Counted from the stretch's first letter, positions 29,352 to 41,223 are shown. The stretch: DNA of 64,000 nt from an uncultured Gemmatimonadaceae bacterium (GCA_963829055.1 CAWHHI010000017.1:96001-160000); one strand, 5' to 3'. Translations and numbers: made by a program. The notes: generated from the sequence alone by a model not told the origin.

Positions 29352-30839
29352 CTATTGCGCGACGGGCCGCGGGAACTTCCCCTCCCTCGTCGCTGCCTGC
29401 CACGCGAAGATCGCGAAGATCATCGCCGACTGCTGCAGATCCTTCTCGCTGACACGTTCGTAGAAATCCGCGTTCGTGTGGTGCGTTCGCACGTCGTAAT
29501 CCCGGTAGTCCTTGAGCGTCGTGAAGCCCGGAATCCCCACCGCGGTAAAGCTCAGGTGATCCGTGTTTCCGATCTTGTCCACCGGATTGCGCTTCACGCC
29601 GAGCTCGCCTAACGCGCCCAGCCAGCCATCGAAGATCGCCTTGGCGCCGGCGTTCTCCTCGGTATAGAACCCGTACGTCGGCCCCATCCCTGGATCATCG
29701 TTGAGATACACCGCGATCGCGTCCCGTGCCGCCGCATCGTTCTTGAGATGCCGCTCCACATACGCCTTCGACCCCAGCAGCCCTTCCTCCTCCCCGCCCC
29801 ACAGCGCCAGGCGAATCGTCCGCTTCGGCTGCGCGCCCACCGCCTTGAGCATCCGCATTGCCTCGATGGCCGCAGCCACCGCGTCCGCGTTGTCCGTGGC
29901 GCCGGTTGCCGAATGCCACGAGTCGAGGTGCGCGCCAAGCAGTACCACCTCGTTCTTGAGTACCGGATCCGTCCCCGGAATCTCGGCGATCACGTTGTAG
30001 CCACTCGTGTCCGCCGCCTGGTACCTAACGCGCACCTCGGCCGCGAGCTTGACCGGCGTGCCATGCTGCGCCAGCCGCGCGATCATGTTGTAGTGTTCGG
30101 CCGCCATCACCACGCTCGGCACGGCATCATCCCGCGTGCCTCGGTTGCCGAGCACGAAGATGGTTCCGTGTTGGCCCTGATTCGGGCGGAGCACGAGACC
30201 GACGCCCAGCTGCTGCAGGATCGGCATCATCTCACGCACCGGCGTTAGGCCATCCGTGCGCAGCATTGGCGGTGCGCCGATGCGCACTCGCGCCTCCGTG
30301 TCGCCCGGCTGCGGACGGTCGGCCGAGATGAGCGCCTGTCCCTCCTGCGGCGGCTGCGGCAACACGATGGCGCCCTTTAGCTTCGCGCCCATCGCCTTGA
30401 TCTGCTCGGCCGTCTTGTCGCCGAGGTAGATGGGGTTCGTCGCGAGGACGCCGCGCGTCGATGGCGTCCACGCCTCCGGATAGCCCTCGAGCGGGAAATA
30501 GCGAGGCTGCGTCATCTCGAGGGTAAATTTCTCCAACGCCCAACCACGACCGAACGGGAACGGCTCGACAGCGACGTTGCTCATACCCCATTCTGTAAGG
30601 CGATCGCGCGTCCAGTCGACGGCACGCTTGAACCCGGGCGAGCCGGTGAGCCGCGGGCCGATCACGTCGGTGAGCGTGCGATAGCTCTCGAGCACACGTG
30701 AATGCGCTTGCGACTCGGCACTCAATCGCGCCATCATCGCGCGGTCGACGGACTCCTGCGCGGTGAGTGGTGTACAGATCGATGGCGCGACACCGATCGT
30801 GAGTGCGAGGGCGATACCAATCAAGGATTTGTGCAGCAT
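29352..30839 (-). CDS. M28-family (carboxypeptidase Q-like) peptidase
   Basis: Signal peptide; LTDVIGPRLTGSP, GAHLDSWH, GATDNA, WGGEEEGLLGS, TDHLSF, HHTNAD. Confidence 0.9.
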   Translation of the reverse strand: MLHKSLIGIALALTIGVAPSICTPLTAQESVDRAMMARLSAESQAHSRVLESYRTLTDVIGPRLTGSPGFKRAVDWTRDRLTEWGMSNVAVEPFPFGRGWALEKFTLEMTQPRYFPLEGYPEAWTPSTRGVLATNPIYLGDKTAEQIKAMGAKLKGAIVLPQPPQEGQALISADRPQPGDTEARVRIGAPPMLRTDGLTPVREMMPILQQLGVGLVLRPNQGQHGTIFVLGNRGTRDDAVPSVVMAAEHYNMIARLAQHGTPVKLAAEVRVRYQAADTSGYNVIAEIPGTDPVLKNEVVLLGAHLDSWHSATGATDNADAVAAAIEAMRMLKAVGAQPKRTIRLALWGGEEEGLLGSKAYVERHLKNDAAARDAIAVYLNDDPGMGPTYGFYTEENAGAKAIFDGWLGALGELGVKRNPVDKIGNTDHLSFTAVGIPGFTTLKDYRDYDVRTHHTNADFYERVSEKDLQQSAMIFAIFAWQAATREGKFPRPVAQ

Positions 30840-30960
30840 CGTTGGGCTAGCGTGAGAGTGGCGGTCCGAGGCTATCTTCCCGCTCGACGATGAGCGTCGC
30901 AAGGGCCGACAGCGTCGCGATGCGGAACCTGCAGGCCCAGCGATCCATCGATTATTCCAC

Positions 30961-31452
30961 ATGCCCCGAACGAGCCGACCCAATGTGAGCGCCGGTCTCC
31001 TCCTCTTCCGGCGGTCCGTCGCCGGACTGGAGGTGTTCATCGCCCATCCCGGCGGCCCGTTCTGGAAGGATCGCGATGCAGGCGCGTGGACCATTCCGAA
31101 GGGCATCGTCGAGCAAGGTGAGGATTTCCTCGATGCCGCGCGGCGGGAGTTCGAAGAAGAAACGAGCATTCAACCGATCGGTCCGTTCATTCCGCTCGGC
31201 AGCATCCGTCAGAAGGCCGGCAAGACCATTCACGCGTGGGCCTGGGAAGGGGATGCGGACCCGAGTGCGATCGTGAGCAACAGCATGCGGACGGAATGGC
31301 CGCGCGGCTCCGGACGTTGGATCGAGTTCCCCGAAGTTGATCGTTGCGAATGGGCCAATCCGGCGACCGCACGCGCGAAGATGAATCCGGCCCAGGCAGA
31401 GCTGGTGACCCGCCTCGAGGCCGCACTTGTGGGGAGCGACGCCGCGCCGTAG
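30961..31452 (+). CDS. NUDIX hydrolase
   Basis: SAGLLL, HPGGPFW, WTIPKG..E..E....AARREFEEET Nudix box, EWPRGSG, FPEVDR. Confidence 0.92.
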   Translation: MPRTSRPNVSAGLLLFRRSVAGLEVFIAHPGGPFWKDRDAGAWTIPKGIVEQGEDFLDAARREFEEETSIQPIGPFIPLGSIRQKAGKTIHAWAWEGDADPSAIVSNSMRTEWPRGSGRWIEFPEVDRCEWANPATARAKMNPAQAELVTRLEAALVGSDAAP

Positions 31453-31463
31453 CTATGCGGCCT

Positions 31464-33143
31464 ATGTCCAACTCCTCGACTCGGCCGACCTCGCTTCAGC
31501 GCCGCGACTTTCTTCGCGCCGGTGCGCTCGCCGCGGCAGCAACCGCGCTCGACGTCTCGCGTGGCGAGAGTGCGACGACCTCATCGCCCGCCGCGACGGC
31601 GCTCGCGCGAGCGCCCGAGAAGAATGCGTTCGAGCAGAATGCGTTCGAGCTCGAGGAGACGACGATCGCGGCGTTGCAGGACGGCATGCGTACCGGTCGG
31701 TACACCGCTCGCTCCATCACTGAGCTCTACCTCGGCCGCATGGACGCGGTCGACAAGGCGGGTCCCGCGATCAACTCGGTGATCGAGAGAAATCCGGACG
31801 CCGTCCGCATTGCCGAGGAGCGCGATGCCGAGCGAAAGGCCGGGCGCGTTCGCGGCCCGCTGCACGGCGTCCCCGTGCTGATCAAGGACAACATCGACAC
31901 CGCCGACCGCATGCGCACGAGCGCCGGTTCGCTCGCGCTCGGCGAATCGATCGCACCGCGTGACGCGTTCATCGCTGCACGGCTGCGCGAGGCCGGTGCG
32001 GTGATCCTCGGCAAGACGAACCTGAGCGAGTGGGCGAACTTCCGATCGACTCACTCGACGAGTGGCTGGAGCGGACGGGGTGGGCAGACGAAGAACCCCT
32101 ACGTCCTCGACCGCAACCCGTGTGGCTCGAGCTCAGGGACGGGCGCGTCGATCTCGGCCAACCTCGCCGCGGTAGGTGTCGGGACGGAGACGGACGGCTC
32201 GATCGTGTGTCCGTCGTCGGCGAACGGCCTCGTGGGCATCAAGCCCACGGTAGGCCTCGTGAGCCGGTCCGGCATCATTCCCATCTCGCACAGTCAGGAC
32301 ACGGCCGGTCCAATGGCCCGCACGGTCACGGACGCGGCGGCGTTGCTCGCCGTGCTGAGTGGTGTTGACCCACGCGATACCGCGACCGCTGCGTCGCGCG
32401 GCAAGTCGACGTCGGACTACGCTCGCGTCCTGAATGCCGGCGCGCTCAAGGGCGCGCGCATCGGCGTCGCCCGCAGCTTCTTCGGCTTCAGCGACGCCGT
32501 CGACCGCGTGATGAGTGAGGCCATCGCGGCCATGAAATCCGCCGGCGCCACGATCGTCGACCCCGCGAACATCGCCACCGCCGGCAAGTTCGATGATGCC
32601 GAATCGGATGTGCTGCACTTCGAGTTCAAGACGGACCTCAATGCGTATCTCGCCGCGTTAGGCCCGAAGGCGCCTCACAAGGACCTGGCCTCGCTCATCG
32701 CGTTCAACGAGCAGAACAAGGACCGCGAGATGCCGTACTTCGGCCAGGAGACGTTCATCAAGGCGCAGGCGAAGGGTCCGCTCACGAGTCCGGCGTACAA
32801 GGCAGCCCGCGACAAGTGCATTCGCCTGTCACGCACCGAAGGCATTGACGCCACGCTCGCGAAGTATCGGCTGTCGGCGATCATCGCGCCCACGGGCGGA
32901 CCGGCGTGGCCGACCGATCTCCTGAATGGCGATCACTTCACCGGCGGAAGCTCGACACCGTCAGCCGTGTCGGGGTACCCCAGCGTCACGGTGCCGGCGG
33001 GTTGGGTGCACGGCTTACCCGTCGGGCTCTCGTTCATCGGCGCGCAGTGGAGCGATGCCGCGCTCGTTGGTCTCGCGTACGCGTTCGAGCAGGCGACGAA
33101 GGTGCGGAAGCCGCCGCGCTTCCTGCCGAGCGTCAGGCTGTAG
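31464..33143 (+). CDS. Amidase-signature family protein with Tat signal peptide
   Basis: QRRDFL twin-arginine; GPLHGVPVLIKDNIDT, GKTNLSEWANFRS, CGSSSG, GTETDGSIVCPS. Confidence 0.93.
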   Translation: MSNSSTRPTSLQRRDFLRAGALAAAATALDVSRGESATTSSPAATALARAPEKNAFEQNAFELEETTIAALQDGMRTGRYTARSITELYLGRMDAVDKAGPAINSVIERNPDAVRIAEERDAERKAGRVRGPLHGVPVLIKDNIDTADRMRTSAGSLALGESIAPRDAFIAARLREAGAVILGKTNLSEWANFRSTHSTSGWSGRGGQTKNPYVLDRNPCGSSSGTGASISANLAAVGVGTETDGSIVCPSSANGLVGIKPTVGLVSRSGIIPISHSQDTAGPMARTVTDAAALLAVLSGVDPRDTATAASRGKSTSDYARVLNAGALKGARIGVARSFFGFSDAVDRVMSEAIAAMKSAGATIVDPANIATAGKFDDAESDVLHFEFKTDLNAYLAALGPKAPHKDLASLIAFNEQNKDREMPYFGQETFIKAQAKGPLTSPAYKAARDKCIRLSRTEGIDATLAKYRLSAIIAPTGGPAWPTDLLNGDHFTGGSSTPSAVSGYPSVTVPAGWVHGLPVGLSFIGAQWSDAALVGLAYAFEQATKVRKPPRFLPSVRL

Positions 33144-33203
33144 ACCGCTGGCGCGTTAGGCCGCGGTTCGTTCGCGGACGCTGACGCGCTACTCGCTGAC
33201 GCG

Positions 33204-35373
33204 CTACTTGCGCTTGAGTCGACGCACCGCGTCGCGCAGCTCGGCGGTGCGCGCCGAGGCCATTTCCGCGAAGCATTCGGATTGCGCCTGCGCCCAGAAC
33301 GGCCCGCCGCCCGAGGGGGCCTGACGCGGGCACTCGCTCTCGCGGACGCCGAGCCACACGCGTTGCTCGACACGGATACGCTGCACCGTCGGCGGATCCG
33401 GCGCGCCTAACGGCGTGCCGGCCACGCGTCGCATCTCGTCCACGAGCGACTCGAACGTGCGATTGAGTGGCGCGTCGCCAATCTCGATGTACGCGGCGAG
33501 GCAGGCGCGCTGATCCGCCGTCGCGGCGATGCGACACCGAGGGATCGGGCCAGCGCCATCGCCGGACGACGCTCCTTTTTTCGGCCTCGGTGGTGGAATC
33601 TTGAACGGGTCCTCGATCGGTGCGCTGGCCCTGGCCGTAGAGTCAGGGTCCGGAGGCGTCGCGGCGGTAGCGGGTAGCGCTGCGTTGTTGGAGTCGGCGT
33701 TCGGCGCGGGCGGCTTTGCGGATGCTACCGCGCGATTGCTGTCGCCCCGCGTCTTGCGACGCGCGCGCGACGGCGCCTTCGCGGTCGGGGCCGCGCCTCT
33801 ACGCGTCTCACGCACGACGGGCTGCTTTCCTGGCGCCGGTGTGCTCTTGTCAGTCGCCGGCATCGTCACGGCGACGCTGCTCCCACCCGTGATGCCGCTC
33901 GCGCGTGGCGCGGGATTCTCCGGGGGAGGCGCGGCCATCAAGCCGCCGGACGACGGCGCAGCTGGCGGAGTAGCCGAGTCGCTGCACGATGCTCCCAGCG
34001 CTCGTCGTTACGCGACTCGATCCAGGCGCTCGCCCCGCACCGTCCCGTGCGCTGCCGCTGAGCATGATGAACAGCGACGCCGCAGCCAGGGTGAGCGGAA
34101 CGACGAGTCCGACGGCCTGCAGCATTCGCCTGCGGCGGGTCGTGAACGCGAACGGTGACTCCGCGTTAGGTGCCGCGGCATCGTCGCGCTCGACGACCTT
34201 CGTCATCGCCGGCAGCAGAATCCGGGTCGGCGCCTCGTCAGAGTCACGCGGCGCACTCCCGAGCGCGCTCGATTGAACTGGCGGGACCAGCATCATCGGT
34301 TCCGCGCGGGCTGTGACCGCCGCTGATTCGCGGTGCGTCTCCGGCGGAGGCGTTATCGGCGCCACTGCGCCCACCTCTGCCTCGCGATGCAGGCCGGCGT
34401 GCACGTCGGTGCTGGCTGTCGGAACGTGGCTCGATTGGTCGGGGTCGATCGCGGCCGCGCGGAACTGGACCGTGGGCTGGTCGTCCATCGGCGACGCGCC
34501 CGGCGGGTACGTCTGCGCCAACACCGGCGGCGGATTGTACGTCAGCTGATCGAGAAACGCATCGATCGTCTGCCACCGGCGTGTCTTGTCCTTGATCAGC
34601 GCGCCTTCGATCGCGAACAGGAGGTTGGCCGGCACGCGTGGCCGGAGCGACGTGATGCGCGGCAGATCCTCGTGCTTCTGCTTGTAGATGATGCCGTACA
34701 GACTCTCGCCCGCCCACGGCCGACGTCCGGTGAGCAACTCCCAGCCGAGGACGCCGAGGCTGTAGATGTCGCTCCGGCCGTCGACCACCTCGCCATCGAT
34801 CTGCTCGGGCGACATGTACTGCGGCGTGCCTAACGCTGCGCCGAGGAGCGTGATGCCGCCTTCGCCGTCGATCGACCGCGCGATCCCGAAGTCGGAAAGG
34901 AGGGCGCGGCCCCGCGTGACGTCGAGGAAGATGTTCTCGGGTTTGACGTCGCGATGCACGATGCCGCGTCGGTGCGCGTACGCCAGCGCGCTGGCCACAT
35001 CCCGCAGGATGGCCTCCGCATCCTCGGCGCCTAACGAGCCGTGTTCGCGGAGCCGGTCACGGACGGTGCCGCCCGGCACGTGCTCCATGATGATCGCGAC
35101 GGCGCGGTCGTCGATCTGCTCGATGGCTTCGGTGCGGACGATGTTTGCATGGTCCAGGCCGGCAACCGTTCGCGCCTCGCGCGCGAAGCGACGGATGGCG
35201 TCGGGGTCGTCGAGGTACCGTCCGCGGATGGCCTTGATGGCGACGAGCCGCCCGCTGACGCGCTTGCGGGCGAGGTAGACAGCCGCCACTCCCCCGTGCC
35301 CGAGCTCTCGGATGAGCTCGTACTCGCGTTCGAGGGCGCGGAGGTCGGACGGAAAGTCGGCGTCGGTTGCCAT
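33204..35373 (-). CDS. Hanks-type Ser/Thr kinase with TM helix, Pro/Ala-rich linker and C-terminal LprI/DUF1311-like domain; frameshift near 33995
   Basis: LGHGGVAAVY, VAIK, HRDVKPEN, DFG, GTPQYMSPEQ, DIYSLG. After the TM segment the shifted frame gives QRACLAAY...DAPLNRTFESL...EQRVWLGVRESEC...CFAEMASARTAEL. Confidence 0.82.
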
Positions 35374-35423
35374 CGATTCGGGGAAGCTATCCGGGTGTGA
35401 TGCGGGTTGTGTGCCGAAGGCGC

Positions 35424-35986
35424 CGGAGGGCGGAGGGCGGAGGGCGGAGGGCGGGGGCGGGAGCCGGTTTGCGGAAAGTTGCTTCGATACGCAATAAAAC
35501 GATGATAGGCGGGGCCGTAAGAGGCGATAGCATCACGCCTTCGATGCGACTCCTCCTCCTAGCCAGCCGATGTCGACTCCCACGAGTTATCGCGATCTCG
35601 AAGTGTGGCAAAAATCCATGAAGCTCGCCGTCGCGATTTACACGATGACGGCCACGTTTCCCAAGCATGAGTTGTACGGCCTGACTTCGCAAATGAGGCG
35701 GGCCGCGGTCTCCGTACCGGCGAACATCGCTGAGGGACGTGGGCGGGGCTACCGAGGCGAGTTCGCGCACCACGCGTCTATAGCCCGTGGATCAGTGACA
35801 GAACTCGACACGTACCTGGAGCTCGCGCTACGACTCGGCTACCTCGATGCACACGTTGTCGAGTCACCGGTGCAGCTAGCGGATGATGTGAGTCGAATGC
35901 TGACTATGCTCATTCGCGCACTACGACGCCCTCAGCTTAAGAGATAAGTTGTCCGCCCTCCGCCTTCCGCCCGACGCCTTCCGCTC
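35424..35986. repeat. Inverted heptamer arrays bracketing the four-helix-bundle gene
   Basis: (CGGAGGG)x4 at 35424-35451 and complementary TCCGCCC/TCCGCCT units x5 at 35952-35986. Confidence 0.8.
35570..35947 (+). CDS. Four-helix-bundle protein (23S rRNA IVP / Avd-like family)
   Basis: SYRDLEVWQKSM, FPKHELYGLTSQMRRAAVSVPANIAEG, SIARGS..EL.T.L, RLGYL. Confidence 0.93.
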   Translation: MSTPTSYRDLEVWQKSMKLAVAIYTMTATFPKHELYGLTSQMRRAAVSVPANIAEGRGRGYRGEFAHHASIARGSVTELDTYLELALRLGYLDAHVVESPVQLADDVSRMLTMLIRALRRPQLKR

Positions 35987-38208
35987 TAGGCCAGAGGCAA
36001 CCTCCTCACCCGCCTCCCCGTCGCCGCGAAAATCCCGTTCGCCACCGCCGGAGCGACCGGCGAGACCGGTGGCTCGCCCAACCCAGACGGCGGCTCCGCG
36101 CTGCGGACGAAATGCACCTCGATCACTGGCACCTCGCTCATACGTAACAGACGATAGTTGTTGAAGTTGCCCTGGTTCACGCGACCGCGATCGACCGTGA
36201 TCTCGCCGTACAGCGCCGCACTCAGCCCGTCGATCACGCCGCCCTGCACCTGCGCTTCGGCTCCACTCGCGTTGACCACCGTTCCGCAGTCCACCGCGGC
36301 CACGATCCGGTGCACCCGCGGCTTCCCAGCCGAGTCCACCGAGACCTCCGCCACGTGCGCGACGTAGCTCCCGAACGTGAAGTGCGCGGCGATGCCGCGT
36401 CCTCGACCACGCGGGAGCGGTGTGCCCCATCCGGACCGATCCGCGGCCAGTCGGAGGACGTTCGCGAGCCGACCCGTATCGAATGTGGGCCCGCCGTGGT
36501 CCGCGTACGGGAGGCGCCGGGGCGCGCCGAGCATCGCGAGTCGGAACGCGAGCGGGTCGCGACCGGCGAGATGCGCCAGCTCATCGATCGCGCTTTGCAC
36601 CACGAACGCGTTCGCCGAGTGGAGCGTCGCACGCCAGGCGCCGACCGGAATGACCGATGCCACGCGCGTGTACTCGAGCCGTACGTTAGGCAGCAGGCGC
36701 GCGGGAAAATCGTCCGGGTAGAGCTCCGACTTGTACGGGGTTGGGCCGGCCGGCGAACGCATAACGCGACGTGTTCGCGAGATGGTGCGCCCATGCGATG
36801 GGGGCGCCGGCAGCATCGAGCGCCGCGCGCACCCGGTGCACGCCCGCGGGGCGGTAGTAGTCGTGCTGGAGATCGTCCTCGCGCGTGCGGACCACCTTGA
36901 TCGGCGCGGCCATCGCCTTGGAGAGGTACGCCGCCTCCGCCGCATAGTCCGACATGAGTCGCCGCCCGAACCCTCCTCCGGCTCGTTCCATGTGCACCGT
37001 CACATTCGCTGGCGGAATGCCGACGACGCGCGCCGCGAGCGCCTGTGCATCACCAGGACTCTGCGCCGTTCCCCACAGCTCGACGCGATCACCGCGAACG
37101 TCCGCCGTGAAGTTCACCGGCTCCATGGGGACGTGCGCGATGAACGGAATCTCGTACACGACGTTCAGTGTCCGCGCCGCGACCGCGATGACCGCGTCGA
37201 CATCACCGTCATCGCGAATGCGTTCGCCCGGTCGTTCGAGCGCCGCATGGAAGCTGGCGACGAGCTCGGCCGACGTCGCGCCGACGATTCCAGGGTCGCT
37301 CCATGTCACCACGAGCGCCCGCCGCCCTTCGAACGCAGCCCACGTGTTATCGGCGACAACGGCAACGCCTTCACGCAGCTCGACGGGATTGTCACGCGGC
37401 GTTAGGCGCACGACGCGGCGGACACCCGGTACGGCGAGCGCCCGTGTGTCATCCACACTCACGAGGCGCGCCCCGAACGGCGCGTGCACGATACTGGCAA
37501 TGAGCATTCCCGGTAGCGAGACATCGATGCCGATAGCGCTGCGTCCCGCGTGCGATGGCCCGTGCGTCCACGTTGCGAACACGCGTCCCGACGAGACGGA
37601 AATCCTATCGCGCTTGAGCGGCACGTCGGACGGGACGCGCACGGTCGCGGCGTCAGCGGCGAGTGCGCCGTAGCCGAGTCGTCGGCCGGTCGGGCCATGA
37701 ATGACGGTGCCGTGTTCGGTGCGACACGCGGCCGGCTCGACGCCCCACCGCGCAGCCGCGGCCGCGACGAGCGCATAACGCGCGGCGGCGCCGGCGCGGC
37801 GGAGCGCCGACCAGTTCGAGCTCACGCCGGTGCTGCCACCGGTGAACTGGTCACCGAATCGCGAGTCGAACGCAGCCTGGATGACGCGCACTGTGTCCCA
37901 CGGCGACGTCGAGCTCTTCGGCGACGATCATGGGAAGCGCGGTCTTGGTTCCGGTGCCGATCTCGGGATTCTTGGCGGCAATGATGACGACGCCGTCGGG
38001 CTCGATCTCGATGAACGCACCGATCCGTGCGGCCGAGGCAGACCGGGTCGCCCGGTTTGGTCGGCGGAAGCCACACGGTGACGGCGACCCCGCCGGCGGC
38101 GGTGGCACCAAGGCGGATGAAGCTGCGGCGATCGAGTGACGGTGGCACTGACGCGGGTTCCACGAAGCGTCTCGCGAGAGGATTCGAGACGTTATGCGAT
38201 GCGCTCAC
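35986..38208 (-). CDS. IorB-like xanthine dehydrogenase-family molybdopterin-binding subunit, Tat signal, multiple frameshifts
   Basis: [102 protein letters not shown]. Confidence 0.87.
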
Positions 38209-38277
38209 CGCGCAGCAACGCGGTTGGGACGAGGACGGCAGTATTTACACAAATACCACACTGCCCACGGGACTGCC

Positions 38278-38430
38278 GCTGGTTGCTGGGTGGTCGTGCT
38301 TGTTGCTGGGTGACGCTGGGTGCTTTGCGAGCAGCGAGCAGCGCGTGGGTCGCTGGCCAGTAATAGCAGCAGCGGGCAGCGTGCGGCCGCAGCATGCAGC
38401 CGTCGGCAGATGTGTCCAGCAGCGTGCAGC
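38278..38430 (+). repeat. Family C intergenic repeat
   Basis: Both modules match 8512-8663. Confidence 0.85.
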
Positions 38431-38437
38431 TGCTCTG

Positions 38438-41010
38438 CTACTGCTTCCTGATCCGTCGCGTCGGTGTCGCAGTCATGGGATCGTCCGGCCAGTGATGCTT
38501 GGGGTAGCGTCCTCGCAGCTCCTTCCGAACGTCGAAGTAGGACGTGCGCCAGAACCCAGCCAGGTCACGCGTCACCTGCACCGGCCGCTGTGCCGGCGAC
38601 AGCAGGTGGACCGTCAGCGGCACCGCCCCGCGCGCAATGCGCGGCGTATCCGCCAGGCCGAACATCTCCTGCAGTCGCACCGCGAGCACCGGGGCCGAGG
38701 CGTCACCGTAGTCGATCGCGATCCGACTCCCGCTCGGAACCGTGATGTGGGTCGGCGCGAGATCGTCGAGCAGCGCGCGCCGGTCCCACGGCAGTTGCGA
38801 CAGCAGCGCACCCGCGAGATCGATGCGACCGAGATCATCGAGCGACCGCGCGCCGCGTACGTGCGGCGCCAGCCACTCGCCTAACGTCTCGAGCAGCGCC
38901 GCATCCGACACGTCCGGCCACGTCGCGTCCACGCCATGCATGAACGCCAGGCGCTCACGCAGCGATCGCGCGCCACCACTCCACGGCAGCGCCTCGATCC
39001 CCTCCCGGCGCACACCTTCGAGCAGCGCCGCCGTGGTTGCCTCAGGGTCAGCATCCCGCAATGGACGCTCGACGAGCACGATGGCACCCAGCCGCTCGCG
39101 CTCACGCGCGACCACCGCGCGCTCACGCGCGTCCCACATGGTCTCGCGCTCGCGTGTGACCTGGTCGGCGAAGTGGTGTTCGATGTCCTCGAGCTCGAGC
39201 GCGGCGGCGAGAAAGATCCGGCTCTCCGGTCGTCGCCCGTCGAGCTCGACGGCCACGATGAATGGCGCGTCGGACAGCGACTGCGCGCCCTGCAGCACGG
39301 CCCCGTTTCCGTTGCGCAGCAGAAACCGCCCGGACCTCGGCGCACGGAGTTGGCCGATGCGATCCGGATACGCGAACGCGAGCAGTAGTCCGACCGACGC
39401 ATCGCCGTCGCGCTGGCCAGGTGCACGTGCGACGACGGCGTTGCCTAACGCTGAGCGTAGCCGGTCGGATTCCGTCCGGATGCGCCGAACGGCGTCGCCA
39501 TCGACCGAGTGACCCGGTGACGACACGGCGCGCGATCCGCGAATCAACGGCAGCCTCGTCTCGACGTCGGCGTCCGGCGCCGAACCGGCATCGACGCGCA
39601 GCGGATCGCGCTCGCTGAGCAACGCCGCGAGGTCACAGGCGAGACCGATGCTGCCTGACGCCCGTGCCTGGAGCACCATGTGCGCGAGGCGGGGGTGCAT
39701 CGGCAGCTCCGCCATGCGCTGCCCGTGCGGCGTGATCCGCGGCGCCGCGCTCGATGCACTCGACCCGCGATCAGTCGCCGGCGGCGCGGCGATGGCACCC
39801 AGCTCTTCCAGGAGCTCGCGTGCCTGAGCGTACGACGCCGCGGGTGGTTGATCGAGCCATCGCAACCCCGACGGATCACTGATTCCCGCAGCCGCCAGCT
39901 CGAGCGCAACGGGCGCCAGATCGGCCTCGAGGATCTCGGGCGCGGTGTGCGCGACGAGATGGTGTTGCTCGTGCTCCGCCCAGAGCCGATAGCACACGCC
40001 GGGCGCGACGCGTCCGGCCCGCCCTCGCCTCTGATCTGCCGACGCCTGTGACACGCGCACCGTCTCGAGCCGCGTCATGCCCGTGCGCGGCGAGAACCGC
40101 GGTACGCGGGACACTCCGCTGTCGATCACCACCCGCACGCCCTCGATGGTCAGACTCGTTTCAGCGATGGACGTCGCGAGCACGACCTTGCGCTCCCCAG
40201 GAGCGACTCGGAGCGATCGCGGCGTCCTGCGCTTCGCCCGACAGGCTGCCATGCAGCGGGTAGACGTGCGTGCGCGGCGGCAGCGCTCCGCTCACGAGCA
40301 GGTCGTGAGCGCGTCGAATCTCGCCGGCGCCAGGGAGGAAGACGAGTACGTCACCGTCATCCGCGCCGAGCGCACGCCTAACGACTGAGGCGACAGCGTC
40401 CTCGAGGCGAACGTCGGGCCGGCGCTCGATGTAACGCGTCTCGACCGGGAAGGCGCGACCCTCGCTCGTGATGACCGGCGCGTCACCCAGCAGTCCGCGC
40501 GACGCGAGCGCCATCGAGCGTCGCCGACATGACGAGAACGCGCAGCTCGGGCCGGAGCACATCGCGCGTCTCGAGTGTGAGCGCGAGCGCGAGATCGGCG
40601 TCGAGGCTCCGCTCGTGGAACTCGTCGAAGATGACGAGGCCCACGCCGTCGAGCGACGAGTCGCGCTGGAGCATGCGCGTGAGGATGCCTTCGGTGACGA
40701 CCTCGATGCGCGTGCTTCGTCCGACACGCGACTCTCCGCGCACGCGAAATCCGACGGTGTCCCCTACCCGCTCGCCGCGCACGGACGCCATGCGCCGAGC
40801 GGCCGCCCGCGTCGCGAGCCGCCGCGGCTCGAGCATGAGGATGCGCTGGGAGCCGAGCCAGGGCGCGCCAAGCAGGGCGAGCGGCACGCCGGTGGTCTTC
40901 CCCGCCCCCGGCGGCGCCTGCAGCACCGCACTCGTGCCGTCGCCTAACGCCGCGGCCAGGGCGGGGATGACGGCGTCGATCGGCAGCGTGACGGACGGAG
41001 GACGGGCACG
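38438..41010 (-). CDS. hrpB: ATP-dependent helicase HrpB; frameshifts near 40495 and 40200; start uncertain
   Basis: LPIDAVIP, APPGAGKTT, LEPRRLA, VTEGILTR, DEFHERS, MSATL, FLPGAGEI, ATSIAETSLTIEG, QRRGRAGR, AYPDRI, LLSPAQRPVQVT.DLAGFW, RYPKHHWP. Confidence 0.92.
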
Positions 41011-41036
41011 CCGAAGTGTAAACGGCCGCCGATGGC

Positions 41037-41215
41037 GTCATCCCGCAGGAGCAAACGCGACGAGGGACCTCCTGTAGCGTCATCGTAGCCAGTCCAGCCA
41101 CGATGGCGGTCGAGAAGGTCCCTCGCTGACGCTCGGGATGACACGCTTTCTCCGCCATCCGGTCGCCTCCAGCCTCCTTCCTACGGCCTCCTTCCTACGG
41201 TCTCCTTCCTCCTGC
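41037..41215. repeat. Family A variant doublet (GTCATCCC...CGAGGGACCT // AGGTCCCTCG...CGCTCGGGATGAC) plus a 14-bp array (CTCCTTCCTACGGC)x3
   Basis: Inverted arms at 41037-41142; array units at 41174, 41188, 41202. Confidence 0.78.
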
Positions 41216-41223
41216 CTCGGCCG

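Noticed and set aside
35570..35947. Diversity-generating retroelement
   Set aside because: An Avd-like fold only; no reverse transcriptase or TR/VR pair seen.
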